Assembly: GCF_002105155.1 (NCBI RefSeq)
Contig: NW_019028991.1
Location: forward strand, 62,001 to 126,000
Source: Lobosporangium transversale
Lineage: Eukaryota
DNA: 64,000 bases
Direction: 5' to 3'
How positions within the stretch are numbered: the stretch's first letter is position 1; each line of letters starts with the position of its first letter. Of this stretch, positions 50,201-63,811 are shown piece after piece. Below the pieces are notes generated by a model. The model saw only the letters and a list, made by a program, of their open reading frames with translations. It had not been told where the DNA came from and searched no databases. A program made the position numbers and the translations under genes.

Positions 50201-50743
50201 TCCTTCGCTTGCTTCGGAGGTCCACAGAGACAAGAGCACTAAAGACAGACAGACACTCCAAAACCAGACCAGGGTTGATTTGTAAACAACAGACATGAAA
50301 ATATTTTTCATCTGCTTTCTTTCCTTCATCCTCACTCTTTAACTCATTTTATATTATTTATTCTCATTCTCTCCCTTCTTCGTTTGCTCTCATCCTTCAC
50401 ATCTCTACATCCGATCAAACCCCTCATCCTTCTTATATATTTAACAACCTCTTATTCTTCGCGTTAATCTAGGTGCTTCACGTCATCTGTTACTGTAAAA
50501 ACTAGATTCTCTTTTATTTTCAGTTTCCTCTATCTCTTGTAGCACTAAATACATAAAGAGGACGCGACACGCGGGTACAGCGGGGTCAATTAACGCATAA
50601 CAATGTTCAGCCTTGATATTAAAGCAAGACAAGAGCAGGCCATTACGGTCGGATGCTGTGGACTGTTAATGCTCGTATTTTATTTACAAAGTCTACTTTT
50701 TTTTTTTTTTTTTTTTTGAAGTTGTCACCCAACAGGGAAAAAA

Positions 50744-51623
50744 ATGGCACCATCGAACACTGACGTCGACATGCGTCCCGCAACGCCACCGGGATCTGCA
50801 GAAACTTTGATCGAATCGAGCATGATTAAGGATAGGGACATGGAGGCAACTACTATCGGAGGTGACAAACATGTAAATGCTCTGCCTGTCAAAGCAAAAG
50901 AGGCCTTGGTGTTAGCGGATGAATCCAATGCTGCTAAAGTTATGGTGGATGGCAAGAATGATGAAACCACAGCTATTGTAAATATTAAAGATCCATTAGA
51001 GGTAGCTTCTGCTCTGAAGCTGCTAGGAAGGGCCACACCAGCAGGCCACAGTGGCCTCAACTGCCACCGCTACCACTGCCACCAAAATCCTTCAGAATGG
51101 TGACCACAAAATGACAAAGAGCCTGATCGGCAAAGAGAGCAGGAGACATGAAGCAAATAATGAACTTGGTGAACGGACGTGGGCGTAATCACCATAAAAA
51201 CGAAAAGATTGAAGATCGAGTATCACGTCATGTCGATGATCAAGATGTAGATCATGATACCCATCAACCTTCGGATGAAAAGTACAAGCGACTCAAGCGG
51301 AAACTCAAACAAGTATTAGAGGTAAAGGCATAGATCTGAATTTATTATGTCCTTTACGGCACTTTTGTCTTGGCCTTGAAAAATCTTTTTGAAAAAGTGC
51401 ACTTTTTATCTTTTATTATTATTGCTATTATTCACGACACTAAAAAGACACCGTTTTGCCCTTATTTTGAACAGGAGAATGAGCGACTGAGCATTGAATT
51501 GGGCCATTCCAATAGGGGCGCGCCAGCTGCGTCAAGAAAAAAAGTATGTTGGTTGCTTTCTCTTTGGTAACCTGAATTGAAGATTGCGCTGTGGCCAAAT
51601 CATTTATTTACTTGGCTATTCAC

Positions 51624-51654
<31 letters not shown>

Positions 51655-53277
51655 CATATATATATATATATATATTGTATCTTCATTTAACTACAGCTTG
51701 CTACTGGATCTTGTGCTTATGAACGGGAGTCTGACTCGAGCCCTGATACTTTATCATCATTGAGCAGCGATAGTGATGTATCAGATTCGTCTGTTAATAG
51801 TTTCTATCAATCCAGATCTAGAAGGGCATCACCTTTACGAGCCACTTCTACAGCACCGTCATCCTCTAAAAAACAATCCAAAGTAACAGGAACCAATAAA
51901 AGTTTAGATGTGCCCTCTTCTGCACCTGCAACAACCCACCACCCTAAGAAGACAGTCAATAAAGCAGTGGCGGGCACAGGCATACGTAAACAAACTAGTG
52001 GAATTGGAAAGAAAGAAGATAGGCCTGTTTCGACACCATCGACCATCACCAATGTTGGATCAGCCACCCAGAAACCAAAGAGAATTCATAACACAACCAA
52101 ATTGAGGCCTTCCTGTCTAGCAAGGTTCGCAAAGTTCAGCCTATTGAAAGAGATGAGCATGGAAATGTGAAACTACCAGTGACAGTAGGGATTATCACCA
52201 TCATGGATCTCGACACGTTGTCTATGATCGAGAAGCTTTTCACAATGAACGATATATCTGGCCTGTTGGGTACAAGATGTCACGATCTTACAATAGCATG
52301 ATTGATCCAACTCAGCAGACGACATACACTTGTAGCGTTATCGATGATGGCGAGGCGCCGAAGGTAAAGCACATCATCGTATATTTTGTATTTCTAAGGT
52401 CTTAAATGTTTACGATACTATAGGGGCATTTCAATTGAGCATTGTATTTCTTACTGAGATATCTATTTTCCCTTCGCCCCCAGTTTCAAATTGATGCAGA
52501 AGATCAACCAGGGAAACCCATCATTGCAGGGACGGCCACAGGGGCATGGACCCATGTCGTCAAAGCTGCGAACTCGATCCCAAGCGTGATCACTCTAATT
52601 CCGCCTCAGGCCCAGACTATTTTGGATTTTCAAACGCCACTATTGCCAAAATGATTCAGGACTTGCCTAATGCTGATAAGTGTAGTAAAACTTATATCAT
52701 GCAACGATATGAAGAACCATCTACAAAATCGTCATCAGAGAAGCGCAAGGTCGCTGCTGCGTTGGGCTCGAAAAACGGCAAGGCTAGTGGCAATGGCGAT
52801 GGCGAGGATGATCAACTTGAGGACGATGATGGAGGTGATGAGGGTGATGATAGTGATACATATGCGTCGCTTGGCACACCAAACAAAAAGAAATCGAGGC
52901 TCACTGAATCTCCTACTATTCGACGGGCAGGGTTTGGATCAAGAAAGGAAGAGGAAGAGATGGGTGGAGGATATCATGAGGAGGAGGAAGAAGTAGATGA
53001 GTTGGAAGAAGGTGGCGAGGAAGAAGTGGATGAGTTGGAAGGCGAAAATGATGAGACAATGTCAGATGGGGATATAGGCGATATTGGACCAGTGTCAAAT
53101 ATGTCCTCTCAAACCGAACCCACAACCACAATCACAACGAATTCATCAATTCCTATTACTTCGACATACATTGGCGCGAGTGTCCCCCATCAAGAAAGAG
53201 CAGAGTCGGAACTAGTTGAGATTGAGGACTCAGATATGAATATGGACTCAACAGCAATAGAGCCAAGTTCTAAGTAG
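50744..53277 (+). CDS. TBRG1: TBRG1/NIAM-like nuclear protein with a coiled-coil and FYRN/FYRC domains, multi-exon, with apparent sequencing frameshifts
   Basis: EKYKRLKRKLKQVLE/ENERLSIEL coiled-coil. FYRN: LPVTVGIITIMDL..YDREAFHNERYIWPVGYKMSRSYNSM..YTCSVIDDG. FYRC: TATGAWTHVV..SGPDYFGFSNATIAKMIQDLPNADKC. Acidic tail. Confidence 0.82.
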
Positions 53278-55291
53278 ACAACTTGAAATAATAGTATTAC
53301 TAATAATAAAAAGTTCAAGAGAGTCATTCCTGATGGGTAAAATAGTCTAGGATTGTACTTATTGAATAGTACAGACTACACCGGTTAGCGCCAAGTAGTC
53401 TTGTGCGTGATGTATTTTGGTTTATTGGCTCCTACAACAAGCTCTCCTAATGGAAATATAAATACACGAGTACGTCAATTATATATATATACATATATAT
53501 ATATGTCATATACATCGTTAAATCAATGACATCTTGACAACATCCACATTAGCGGAGATTATTTTTACTTTATCCCTGATTTTTAATGGGAACCGAGAGC
53601 CATAGTCAGTATGTGGAGCAAGAGGGTCCATGAACCCTAATATTTCAACCTAAACTCAGCCGACAATTGAGCTGCACAATGTGGTCAAAAGAATCCACCT
53701 GGCATCCTCTCGATACATGTATGATAGAGCAAGTTAACAATGAGACCCCATGATGGCGCTATAGTAGAATAGGTTAATATTATGAGTTTGCAAAGCATAT
53801 TCTCCCTTTAATCTGTTGTAGACAAGCTTTATTTTTATAACCTTATTGCTTCACAGCCTAGCTTACTGTATCGAAAAGTGTATACATAAATTAGAGAGAT
53901 GATCGGTCCTCCTTTTAATTTCCCTATTGTACATGTACATGACAGTTTCCTTCCAAAAAGTTGCATGCGTGGCAATGAAAAAAAAAAAAAAAAAAAAAGA
54001 CCAAGCCCACTCATGGGCCTTTTTTCTTTGTTTGTTTTCCATGCATTTAATTTACGGAAAGTCGTACAAGAAAATGGATTTTGCGTAAAATTACAGGTCC
54101 ATTAAGAAAGGAGATGACCAAGGAAATAGTCCCCGTTGTACTTGGACCATCAGAGAACAAGAAGAGAGCCAGAGCTAGAGCAAGTGTCAAAGTGTGAGTG
54201 CGTAAAAAAAAAAAAAAAATTGGCGCACAGTTTTAGCAAGCAAGAAGAGGGCATGCAAATTTCATGAATCTACGACTCCCCTGGAGAGCAAACTGGGTGC
54301 TTACATAGTATCTCGCTAGGATTATATGGATATCCGGGGGTTAGTTTAGATTGTAATTTCGGTTCCTGACCTCATCTTCTCTCAAAAATATAAATGTAAA
54401 AGAAAAGAGATCTGCCAATACACTATTTTTAAAGAGGTATGGTATTGTCCTTACTAGTAAGATACATCTTGAAAGACTATATCATGGTAAGCATCAGCGT
54501 CAAACTGACAGGGGCTTTGCCAATTGCAAATGCTCAGAGCCTTTTATTTCATATTATTCTTTTTTTTTTTTTTTTTTTTTTTTTATTTTAGGCTGGTGAC
54601 CTTTGTCCAAAGGTTTAACAGTTGTGCAAGCCCTGAAAAGATATTTTTTGTCATCGCGTCCTCTATCAAATGCTCCAAAAAAAAAATAAAAAAAAATAAA
54701 ATAAGCCGTGTTAACGGATAATCGAGCCCTGTTGAGTGGGTGGCAATGGATAATGGGCCATACAAACAAAGATATTAAAGCAATCATGAGTAGCCCATAG
54801 TATATATTTATATATATTGTATATTTTGCACGACTTTCTATCAACCAGTAATCTAAAAAAGAAAAGTATAGTTTTCGACTACACATGTGTATCCACTTTT
54901 TATTCATTTAAGTGGCCTTTATTGAATTCATTGTTCACTCGGGTTTGATTCATGTAACAATATGCCTTGACAACAAAAACCATTGGGGCTCAGATTTTTT
55001 GTGTCTTGCTCTTGGGTATCTTGCTTGGAAAGGGCGCATGGGCAGCGTTTGTTTGTGTACATGAACATGAATATGAATATTATTCAACTCATGCGAATGT
55101 GATTCCTTGTTGGTCATCTTCTGGGTGCCTCTATCAAGGTATTTGCTAGAGGTTAATGAGATGTCTCTTTTCTATTCCTCTTTCTACTTTTCTTCTCTCT
55201 TCCTTTTTTCTTTATTTCTTTCTTTCTTTCTTTCTTTCTTTCTTTTTACCTTGTCATCTTTTAACCTCTCCTCTTTTTCAGCTTGGCCAGC

Positions 55292-55367
55292 GATTGACTG
55301 TTGACCGTTGGCTATTAACTGCTAACCATTGACCGTTGACAATTGACCGTTGACCATTGACCGTTGA
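55292..55367 (+). repeat. Degenerate heptamer tandem array (TTGACCR)n upstream of the Frizzled-like receptor gene
   Basis: About 11 units: ttgactg ttgaccg ttggcta ttaactg ctaacca ttgaccg ttgacaa ttgaccg ttgacca ttgaccg ttgaa. Confidence 0.8.
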
Positions 55368-55644
55368 ATTTTCGCTCGTTCACTCTCACCTTCCTTCTCT
55401 GTACCACATTCTCTTCTTTCATCTCACACTCCTTCACTTCTCTCACCTCCACCTGCATCCAAAGTCAACTTAGTCATCCTATAATCTTGTTGAAACGACC
55501 CTTTCCTTTCTGTCACATACACACTCATCCTCACCTTGTCTTCTCACCATCACCCTTTTCCCCTAACCTCTTTTATCCCTGTCATATCCTTAATTCGTAA
55601 ATCTCTGCTCTATATACCCGACTTTCATTTCATCTTACGTAACC

Positions 55645-56072
55645 ATGTCTCGGCTTGTGACTAAGGTCACACATAATAACCCTGGCTCTGGGGTTCATGG
55701 CTACAGCTGAGGCAATAGGCTCAGGATAATCTCTAAACGCTTATGAAAACCAAACTAATTTTTGACGATGATTGTCGAGCAATCTTTGCCCCATTATTTC
55801 TTAATCGGTAGAATTTATAATGAAACTCACTAGAATGTCTTCTCAACTTTAATTTCTCTCCACAGCAACCAATTATAATGGATCTATATGCAGGAACTAT
55901 GTAGATTACCAAGTTTGGTTGGCACCGGGCCTCGATGTTGCGACCATCGAGGCGGGTCTTACTCAAAGAGGAATAGATAGAGTAACGATGCTTCCTGCTA
56001 GCTGTGCAGATCCATTCATGGAATACGTATGTTCTACCTCTTTTCCAAGAGTAGAAGCAACCAATGTTCGTA

Positions 56073-56106
<34 letters not shown>

Positions 56107-56191
56107 GACTTTTTTTTTTAATAATGACTTTGTTAGTATAAGAAGGACTCACAATCAGAGCGCGCGACTGTATTGTCTTTCTCTCCTTTCC

Positions 56192-56235
<44 letters not shown>

Positions 56236-57809
56236 AACATCTCAATATTCATTAACAGCCAGCAACTTCAATGTCAGATTTGCATGCAAGTCAACGTGCC
56301 AGGCAGCTGTAACTGGATGTTCAGGATTGCTGACAGCTGCTGGCAAAGCTGACCAAGTTCCCAATTGCGATGTACCCATTCCAGGAACAACACAGTTTTT
56401 GCCTCAAGGAGTTTTCTTCCAACCTGATGGCGAATGCAACGTAGTTAAACCACTGAACGGCGGCAATCCACCAGGAGGTGGAACAGGAGGTGGCAATAAC
56501 CACAATAACCAAACTATGACTTGTGTAGCGCCCTTTATTGCTGATACAATGGAAGGGCCTGGCGGGACCACGACCAACGAACAATACTGTAAGATGGGAT
56601 GCTGTCTTCCTTGCCCAGCTCAATACTCACTTTACCGTACAGGCGCATTGGAAACAGGGTTCAAGATTACAAACACAATGCGTGCAGTGTCGATGGTCCT
56701 CAGCTTTATTCTGATGATCTCCTATCTTTTCTTGCCGGACAAGCGCTCGCACCCAAGTGCACTGATTTTTTCTTCTCGATCTGCGTCTTCCTCTTTTCGG
56801 TCGTGGTCATCTTCCCGTTGATTGATACTCGTGCAATGCAATGTTCGGACCTATAAACCCCAGTACTCAACAAAATAATATAAAATGTGCTATTCAAGGA
56901 TATACTTTTATTTTATTTTATTTTTTCCTTTTCTCTTTTAAGTATGAAATTTCAGGTTCATCCTTTTGATGAAAATGCATCTGTGCCTTACTCACACCTT
57001 CTATATGTACGACTTTATAGGAGGTATGCTTATTTTTGCTTCAGTCGCGACCTGTGCATGGTGCTCTGCGTTGATTCCAATCTGCATTTGCACACTGTCT
57101 GAATTCAGCCTGGTTGCCCGCAAGTATTGGCTCTTGCATACATTCTGTTGGGACTCGCCATCACAGTCACAAGCTGTGCCTGGGTCTGGGCGAAGTCCGA
57201 TGGGAGTTTGCAACGCCTTTGGCTTGATCTCTCAAGAAAAATCGTCTGAGATCTTTTTCTATCCGATGGCTGCTATGATTTTCCCAGCCTCTTGGTTCAT
57301 GTGGCCACATTCATTCAATCGCACGTATTTCTGCTCAAGCAGGTGTTGATTCTGAGACGGTTTCGCGATCAACCTTGTCTGCTGGTGCAGCAGCGATGAT
57401 CTCACAACGTCGCCATGTGATGATGGCGATCCCGAATCCAATGGCGAGCTGCAGTGATGGCGATCTTTGCGATCCTGAGTGTGATGTTCTATTGGCTGTT
57501 TTATTTCTTGCAACTGTCCAAGATCAAGCCAGAGACATTGCTCCCTCATATTGCAGAGTTTATGACCTGTTTGATGAAGCCGGGAGCAACACATGATGGG
57601 TGCGTAGAGGGAATGGCGCCACACCTGCCTCCGTACGGATTGATGATCGCAGCCGAATTCTTGGTCTCAGCCATTGGTACGGTGATCTTTATAGTATTCT
57701 TCAAGACTGCCGTAGTGAGAGAATGGAGAGAATGGTTTAGCTCGGTCAATTATTTATTAAGTGGGAAGAGGCGTCAAAAGAAGAGCAAGACCAATTTTTT
57801 GTCATTTAA
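55645..57809 (+). CDS. Frizzled/Smoothened-like GPCR (signal peptide, Cys-rich CRD, 7TM), multi-exon, with apparent sequencing frameshifts
   Basis: CRD Cys pattern YNGSICRNYVDY...CADPFMEYVCSTSFP...CKSTCQAAVTGC...PNC. Linker TCVAPF...CKMGCCLPCP. Hydrophobic helices follow, the last being YGLMIAAEFLVSAIGTVIFIVF, then REWREWF. Confidence 0.8.
56194..56232. repeat. (CT)n microsatellite in an intron
   Basis: About 19 dinucleotide copies. Confidence 0.9.
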
Positions 57810-58152
57810 GGCTGGCCTTAAAAAAAAACCCACCCCGATAGACTTGCGCATTGCCCCATGCAATTGTTACTGCATCTACTACAAAAAAAAAAAAAAAAAA
57901 AAAAAAAAAGGCTTTTTTTTTTATGCCTTCCCCACATTTTTTTTTTTTTTTTCTCCACATTACTCCATCCTAGATCTTAGATCATTTTTGTAACTTTCCT
58001 TACTTTCCTCTAATGCCGCAGTGTACGTAATGACAATAATAACTGTAATAAATAAATAAAAGACCAAACCAAAAGAAAATATGTCGTCTCATGAAATGGT
58101 AGACGGTGAGAATAGTTTGTGCCCTATTATTATTATTTTTATTACTATTTTA

Positions 58153-58187
<35 letters not shown>

Positions 58188-58653
58188 CAATTCGCCGTCT
58201 ATTCTTGAAGTAATAGTGCAATTGAGCCGACATGGCATTTGACAAGCTCAGGCATGCCGCTTGCTTAAATGTAAAAAATCGGACGAGCTGGGAGAGAGCA
58301 ACAGATAAAAATGTGTACGTGTGGGCCGTTTTTTTTTTTTTTTCATGCGCGTGATGGATACATTTTAAGAAAGAGGCAACAAAGTTTGTGAATGCATCCT
58401 TGCCAAAAATTCTAAAACAGTATCGACTATCTACGCTTCTCGAAGGAAGCTATGAAGGATGGTATCGGTTAAGCTAGAAAAGGGGTGGGGAATCAAATGC
58501 TTTTTTTTTTTTTGTTTTCTACCCCTCCTCCTCTCCCTCTTTTGAAGAGTAAAGAGTAATTTCTTGAATTGAAGTCGGAAGAGTTTTGATGATGGACCGT
58601 TCTTTCTTTTGACACGTCTTGCAGAGTAAGAATAGGATGACGAATGTTAGGGG

Positions 58654-58688
<35 letters not shown>

Positions 58689-59439
58689 AATATGAAAGAG
58701 TGTGGGAAGAGTTGGTCATTCCATGAAAAAAGAAGTGGACGCTCTTTAGGTCTTCTCGTGCATAATTTGCACTTTTTTAAAATGCAAAGGAAGAGTCAGA
58801 CATTATGGCAAGAGACATGATCTTGCTCCCTTTCATCTTGAAAAAAAATAAAATAAAAAAATAAAAAAATAAAAAAAGAAAGAAAAAGAAAAAGAAAGGA
58901 AAAAAATGCCCATTTGTGGTTTCTATCCAAGTGGTTCGGGCGCCTCCTCTTCCTGGGAACGATTATTTGTTCTATTCTACTGAATCATAAACGAGCTGAC
59001 AAAACAAAACAACAGAGATGGAGAAAAGAGAGGATGGGTTGCTTAACGGATGATATACAAAAAAACATTTTTTTATTTTTAATTTGCTCCGTTTGGAATT
59101 ACTTCATCGTTCATGTTTTTCTTAGTTCTTCGCTTTTTTGACCCTGATGGATTGTTTGTCAATGTGGATGTGGATGTGTGCGTAGACTCTGAGGTGTTTG
59201 TTCGTTACCTCTCACACTCCCTTTTCTTCTTTCCTTCCTATTCACATTTGTATCCCCCTTTCTGCTCTTTTCGCTCTCATTCTCGTTAGCATCCTCTTCC
59301 TTATCCTCGCTCTCTCTCTCTCTTCTCTTTCCTATACTCTACTCTTTACTCTTTACTCTTACTCTCGTAGCTTTTTTTTTTTTGCTTTCATTGCTCTTGC
59401 TTGAAAATCCTCTTGCTTGAAAATCCTCTTGCTTGACAA

Positions 59440-59475
<36 letters not shown>

Positions 59476-59732
59476 TTCTACCTCTGTAACACCCTCATAA
59501 TACCCTTTTCTTCTTGTTTTGCTGACATTGAAACTCTTAACTTTCCGGGAGTGCATAGCAAGGACTTCGTTCTACCGCATTCAGATTGTCTCATACTTAT
59601 TTTTTTTTTTTTTTAGCACATTAGTTCCAGTTTCACATCACTTCTGAATACCTCATTTTCTCTCATCGCTTTATTCATTACAGCACTTCTATACTTCTAT
59701 AACCACCATCATACTTTATTCTTCTTCAATCG

Positions 59733-62566
59733 ATGGGGAACCAGCTTTCGAAGCGGCCCAATTCAAAGGCGAATCGTTCCTCGGGAATATATGATCCCAA
59801 TGTTCACCCTCTTCCTAACAACACCGGCTCAAATGGGGTTGGCGCCAATGGCCTCAAAGAAAAGTCAAAGATCTTGAATGGACGGAAGAGTTTAGAACAA
59901 CAACAACAACAGCAACAGCAACCTTCTTCAACAGTACCGACAAGTTCAATAGTACCGGCACCGACAGTGAATCATACTAGCAAAAGTAAGACTTCTGGTG
60001 CTAGTGGCGGTGTAAAGACGAAAGAAGTAAAGACTGAGACCAGTGCTGGTAAGTCAGCGCAAGGACTCTCGGGTCAAGAACAGGAAGATGGGCACGAACA
60101 AAACCAAGAACAGAGCCAGCTGTCTCAAGAGGATACTCGCTCTTCTTGGCACCAGCAGCAGCAAGAACCGCAGGTAGGGATAGTTACTGCGCCTCTATCC
60201 ACATTGATTTTCTGAATATTGTCCAGATCCCAGACCGCGGAAAAAGGGAAAAAAAAAAAAAAAAAAAATCAGGACAACCTCTGCCGATGACACATCGTTG
60301 ACCGTTACCGCATGAATATCCAGTTGGAGTGCGACAGCTGCGGTAGTAGCAGTACTAATAGGAATAGTAGGAAAAAGCAGAAGTATAAGCAGGAGTGGCT
60401 GTTTATGGATTGCTACGCCTTTGAATGCATTACCTGAATCATCATCAATAGAAAAGAGATTTGGACCACATTGTATCGTGCCACCACTTGTCAGAGGTCA
60501 TTGCATCACGGACAACAAACAACATCGGGCGGCACAGGGTTCAGTTTAACCTAGCCAACAGCACCTGTCTTGGCGCAGGGATTCAAATGAAATGGGCTCT
60601 CATACAAAATCAAGGCCGCTCATGATCAGCAAGCACAACTTTTGGAGACGCTGGCCTAGGCGACCAATGAGATCCACAGCAACGACAGGAGAGGAATGAG
60701 TATAGCTCCGAAGATAGCACACAATAATGACTCTTTTTTTTTTTTTTTTTTTTTTTCCTCACAGACACAAACACTAGAACAGAACCAGTCTAATGAACAA
60801 CCCTCTGAACAGGATCATAGTAACGACAATAATAATCATAATAACCACAGCAATGGTGATAGTGCCCTTGCGGCTGGAATCAGCCGAGATGATACCCCAA
60901 CTATCACCTGAACACCAGCAGCAACCATCGCCCCAAAGCAACAGCAACCTATTATCCCACAACCCAGTATTCCTTTTGCAGTCTCTACACCAGGCAACCC
61001 TATCCTTATCAAAAAACACAATCTCACACCTCTAGCTCTCTCGTCCAACCCAACATCCTCCTTGAATCGATCCTCGCCCCCTTCTCTGTCCCCAAAATTC
61101 AGCGGTAGTGGCAACAGGAAACTGTCTGTAGACCTTTCACCTTCTGCACGGCTCTCATTCCTTGGACCATCTTCCGGAGGCACAGGGGATAAGACGAAAC
61201 AAGGACTGGATATCGATGACATGATCTCCAGACTACTGGACGCAGGATACTCTGGTAGGATCTCCAAGGGGATCTGTTTGAAGAACAGCGAGATCTTATA
61301 CATCTGCCAGTGTGCACGAGAAGTTTTCTTATCACAGCCCACGCTCATTGAGTTGAATGCGCCTGTCAAGATCGTTGGTGACATTCATGGACAGTACACA
61401 GATATGTTGAGGTTGTTTGAGATGTGCGGCTTCCCGCCATCGGCCAATTTTTGTTCCTAGGTGATTACGTGGATCGAGGCAAGATGAGTTTGGAGACCAT
61501 TTTGCTGTTATTCTGTTACAAGATCAAGTATCCGGAGAATTTTTTCCTGTTGAGAGGCAATCATGAATGTGCCAATGTGACAAGAGGTAAATTGGCTTTC
61601 TCCCTTTTTTTTTTTTTTTTTTCTCCCTATCCAATTTTGATTAATGGGGCATTCAGCAAAAAAAAAAAAAAAAAAAAAAAAAAGGTTTTCATGCCCTTAC
61701 AGTCTGGCACAATGCATCAGAAATAGAAGAAGTGGTGTGTATAAGAGGGCTCAGTTGATGTCCCATTGAGATAGCTCTTTGGAATAAGGAGAGTGAATAG
61801 GGGGGGATAGGAATTGATCATGCACAGAAGTTTGCATACAGATGCACAGCGTTGTCTCTGTCTTGAAATATCACGCGCAATTTCGTTGTCACATGACGCG
61901 GTTACGAAGTTACGACACAGTAACCCACCACTAACGCTACAACATCTAAAACCAATATGTAGTGTATGGATTCTATGACGAATGCAAGCGCAGGGCTAGC
62001 ATTAAGATGTGGAGGGCATTCGTGGATGTGTTCAACTGCCTGCCCTTGGCCGCTATTGTTGCCAATAAGATTTTTTGTGTACATGGTGGACTATCACCCA
62101 ATTCTCGACGAGGATGACATCCGGGCGATCCGACGCCCTACAGACGTACCAGATTTTGGATTGCTGAATATCTATTGTGGTCAGATCCATCAGACACAGC
62201 GGCGGACTGGGAAGATAACGAGCGTGGTGTTTCATATTGCTTTGGACGGAGTATCATCCAAAAGTTTTTGAATCGTCACGATTTTGATCTAGTATGTCGA
62301 GCGCACATGGTAGTGGAGGATGGATATGAGTTCTTTAATGACCGGACACTGGTTACTGTCTTTTCGGCACCCAACTATTGTGGCGAATTCGATAACTACG
62401 GAGCTGTGATGAGCGTGAACGAAGATCTGCTGTGTAGTTTCGAGCTGTTGAAGCCAATTGATCCAGAAACAGCACGAGCACAGATGCAGAGCCTTGCAGC
62501 GTCAGCAGGCGGATGGAGAGTGAACAAGCAACGGCTCAGGTAAGAAAGCTTAAAAAAAGATGCTGT

Positions 62567-62600
<34 letters not shown>

Positions 62601-62725
62601 TCTTATATGCATTTCGTTAAATATCTTTTTTTTTTTTTTTTTTTACCTCCTTCATTCATGGATTTAGCTTACCTGATAGCAACTCACTATTCACTTCAAC
62701 GCCAGGCAGCATGATGCACGGATAG
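59733..62725 (+). CDS. PPZ1: PPZ-type (PP1-like) Ser/Thr protein phosphatase with a long, disordered, probably myristoylated N-terminus; multi-exon, with apparent sequencing frameshifts
   Basis: MGNQLSK N-terminus. [68 protein letters not shown] and [12 protein letters not shown]. The last exon end is approximate. Confidence 0.9.
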
Positions 62726-63257
62726 TCATGAAGCAAGAGAGAAAAGTGCAAACAAAAAAGCCAAGGATATGAGAATTATAATAATAATAATACCTAAAGA
62801 GTTTGTTTATCCTTTTATTTACAAAAAAAAAAAAAAAAAAAAAAAAAAGAAAAGCTTGTGCACCATAGACATTTACATTGTTTGTTTCTTCTGCTCACAA
62901 TCAACATTCGACGATGACTCGATTCTGAGCGAGAAGGCAAAAAAAGGGGAGTTTTTGGTCTAGATCGTTCTTACAGTTTGTCAATCATTATGTTCGACTT
63001 GTAAAAGTCAATGTCCCTTCTTCGATCTTGTTATTGATAGTTAAACACTACATCGGGCAACATCTGGGGATAAACAAACATTAAGGAAAAGAAAAAGAGA
63101 GGGCGAGAAGGCAATACCCAGATTATTATTTTTTTACGAAAGAAGTGCTGATTTATATATCTCAGGTTACGGATGGACGGAAGGTGTACAAGGTACGCAC
63201 AGTAAATTGGCATCAAAAGGCCGCAAAATTTGAATGTCAACCAACGGAGGAGAGGTA

Positions 63258-63811
63258 AGGCGACTGTTCGGACTCCATCTGATACTGTATAAACACCCGA
63301 ACACTGCCCACATGCTATTGACTACTCTACGTCCCTTAAACAATATTCTTAGCATACATCTGAACTTTTGCAAGGGATGTGTCAATACTTCGACAAACAT
63401 GTAGCAATTAATGGCTATATCACAGCCCTTGGATTGTGGAAGCGCTGAAATTATGCGGAAAACGGGAACCATTTGTGTTTTTACTAGCAACAAGCGTGGT
63501 TTCAAAAAAGGGTGCCTCCAAGGAACAAATCCTATATCCTTCATTGCTCAAAAGAGACAATCTTGTCTTTTCTGCACCCCAAAAGCTCGCCATAATCCTA
63601 TTGAAGCGTTCAGAGGCATTATTTGCCTCATGGTTTGAGGATTAGCAGACTTTCAGTCAAGCTTTATTGTTTTGAACAAACACAGTAAATCCTGTCCATT
63701 CGAAGTTAGTCCCTTTGGATGGCAGCTATTCAGGGGATGCTAATCAGTTCCGCTAAATTATGGTGCAATCAAAGCAGATTTGGAAAACCAACAAGCATCG
63801 AACAGTCGCCT
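63258..63811. mobile_element. Candidate MITE, 554 bp, 13-bp TIR AGGCGACTGTTCG, TA flanks
   Basis: TAAGGCGACTGTTCG at 63256-63270 and its exact reverse complement CGAACAGTCGCCTTA at 63799-63813. No convincing internal ORF. Confidence 0.5.

Noticed and set aside
46931..62725. Calling arginase, TBRG1-like, Frizzled-like and PPZ pseudogenes, or invoking programmed frameshifting
   Set aside because: The indels are scattered 1-nt events of both signs with intact catalytic motifs, which is typical of read-consensus error.
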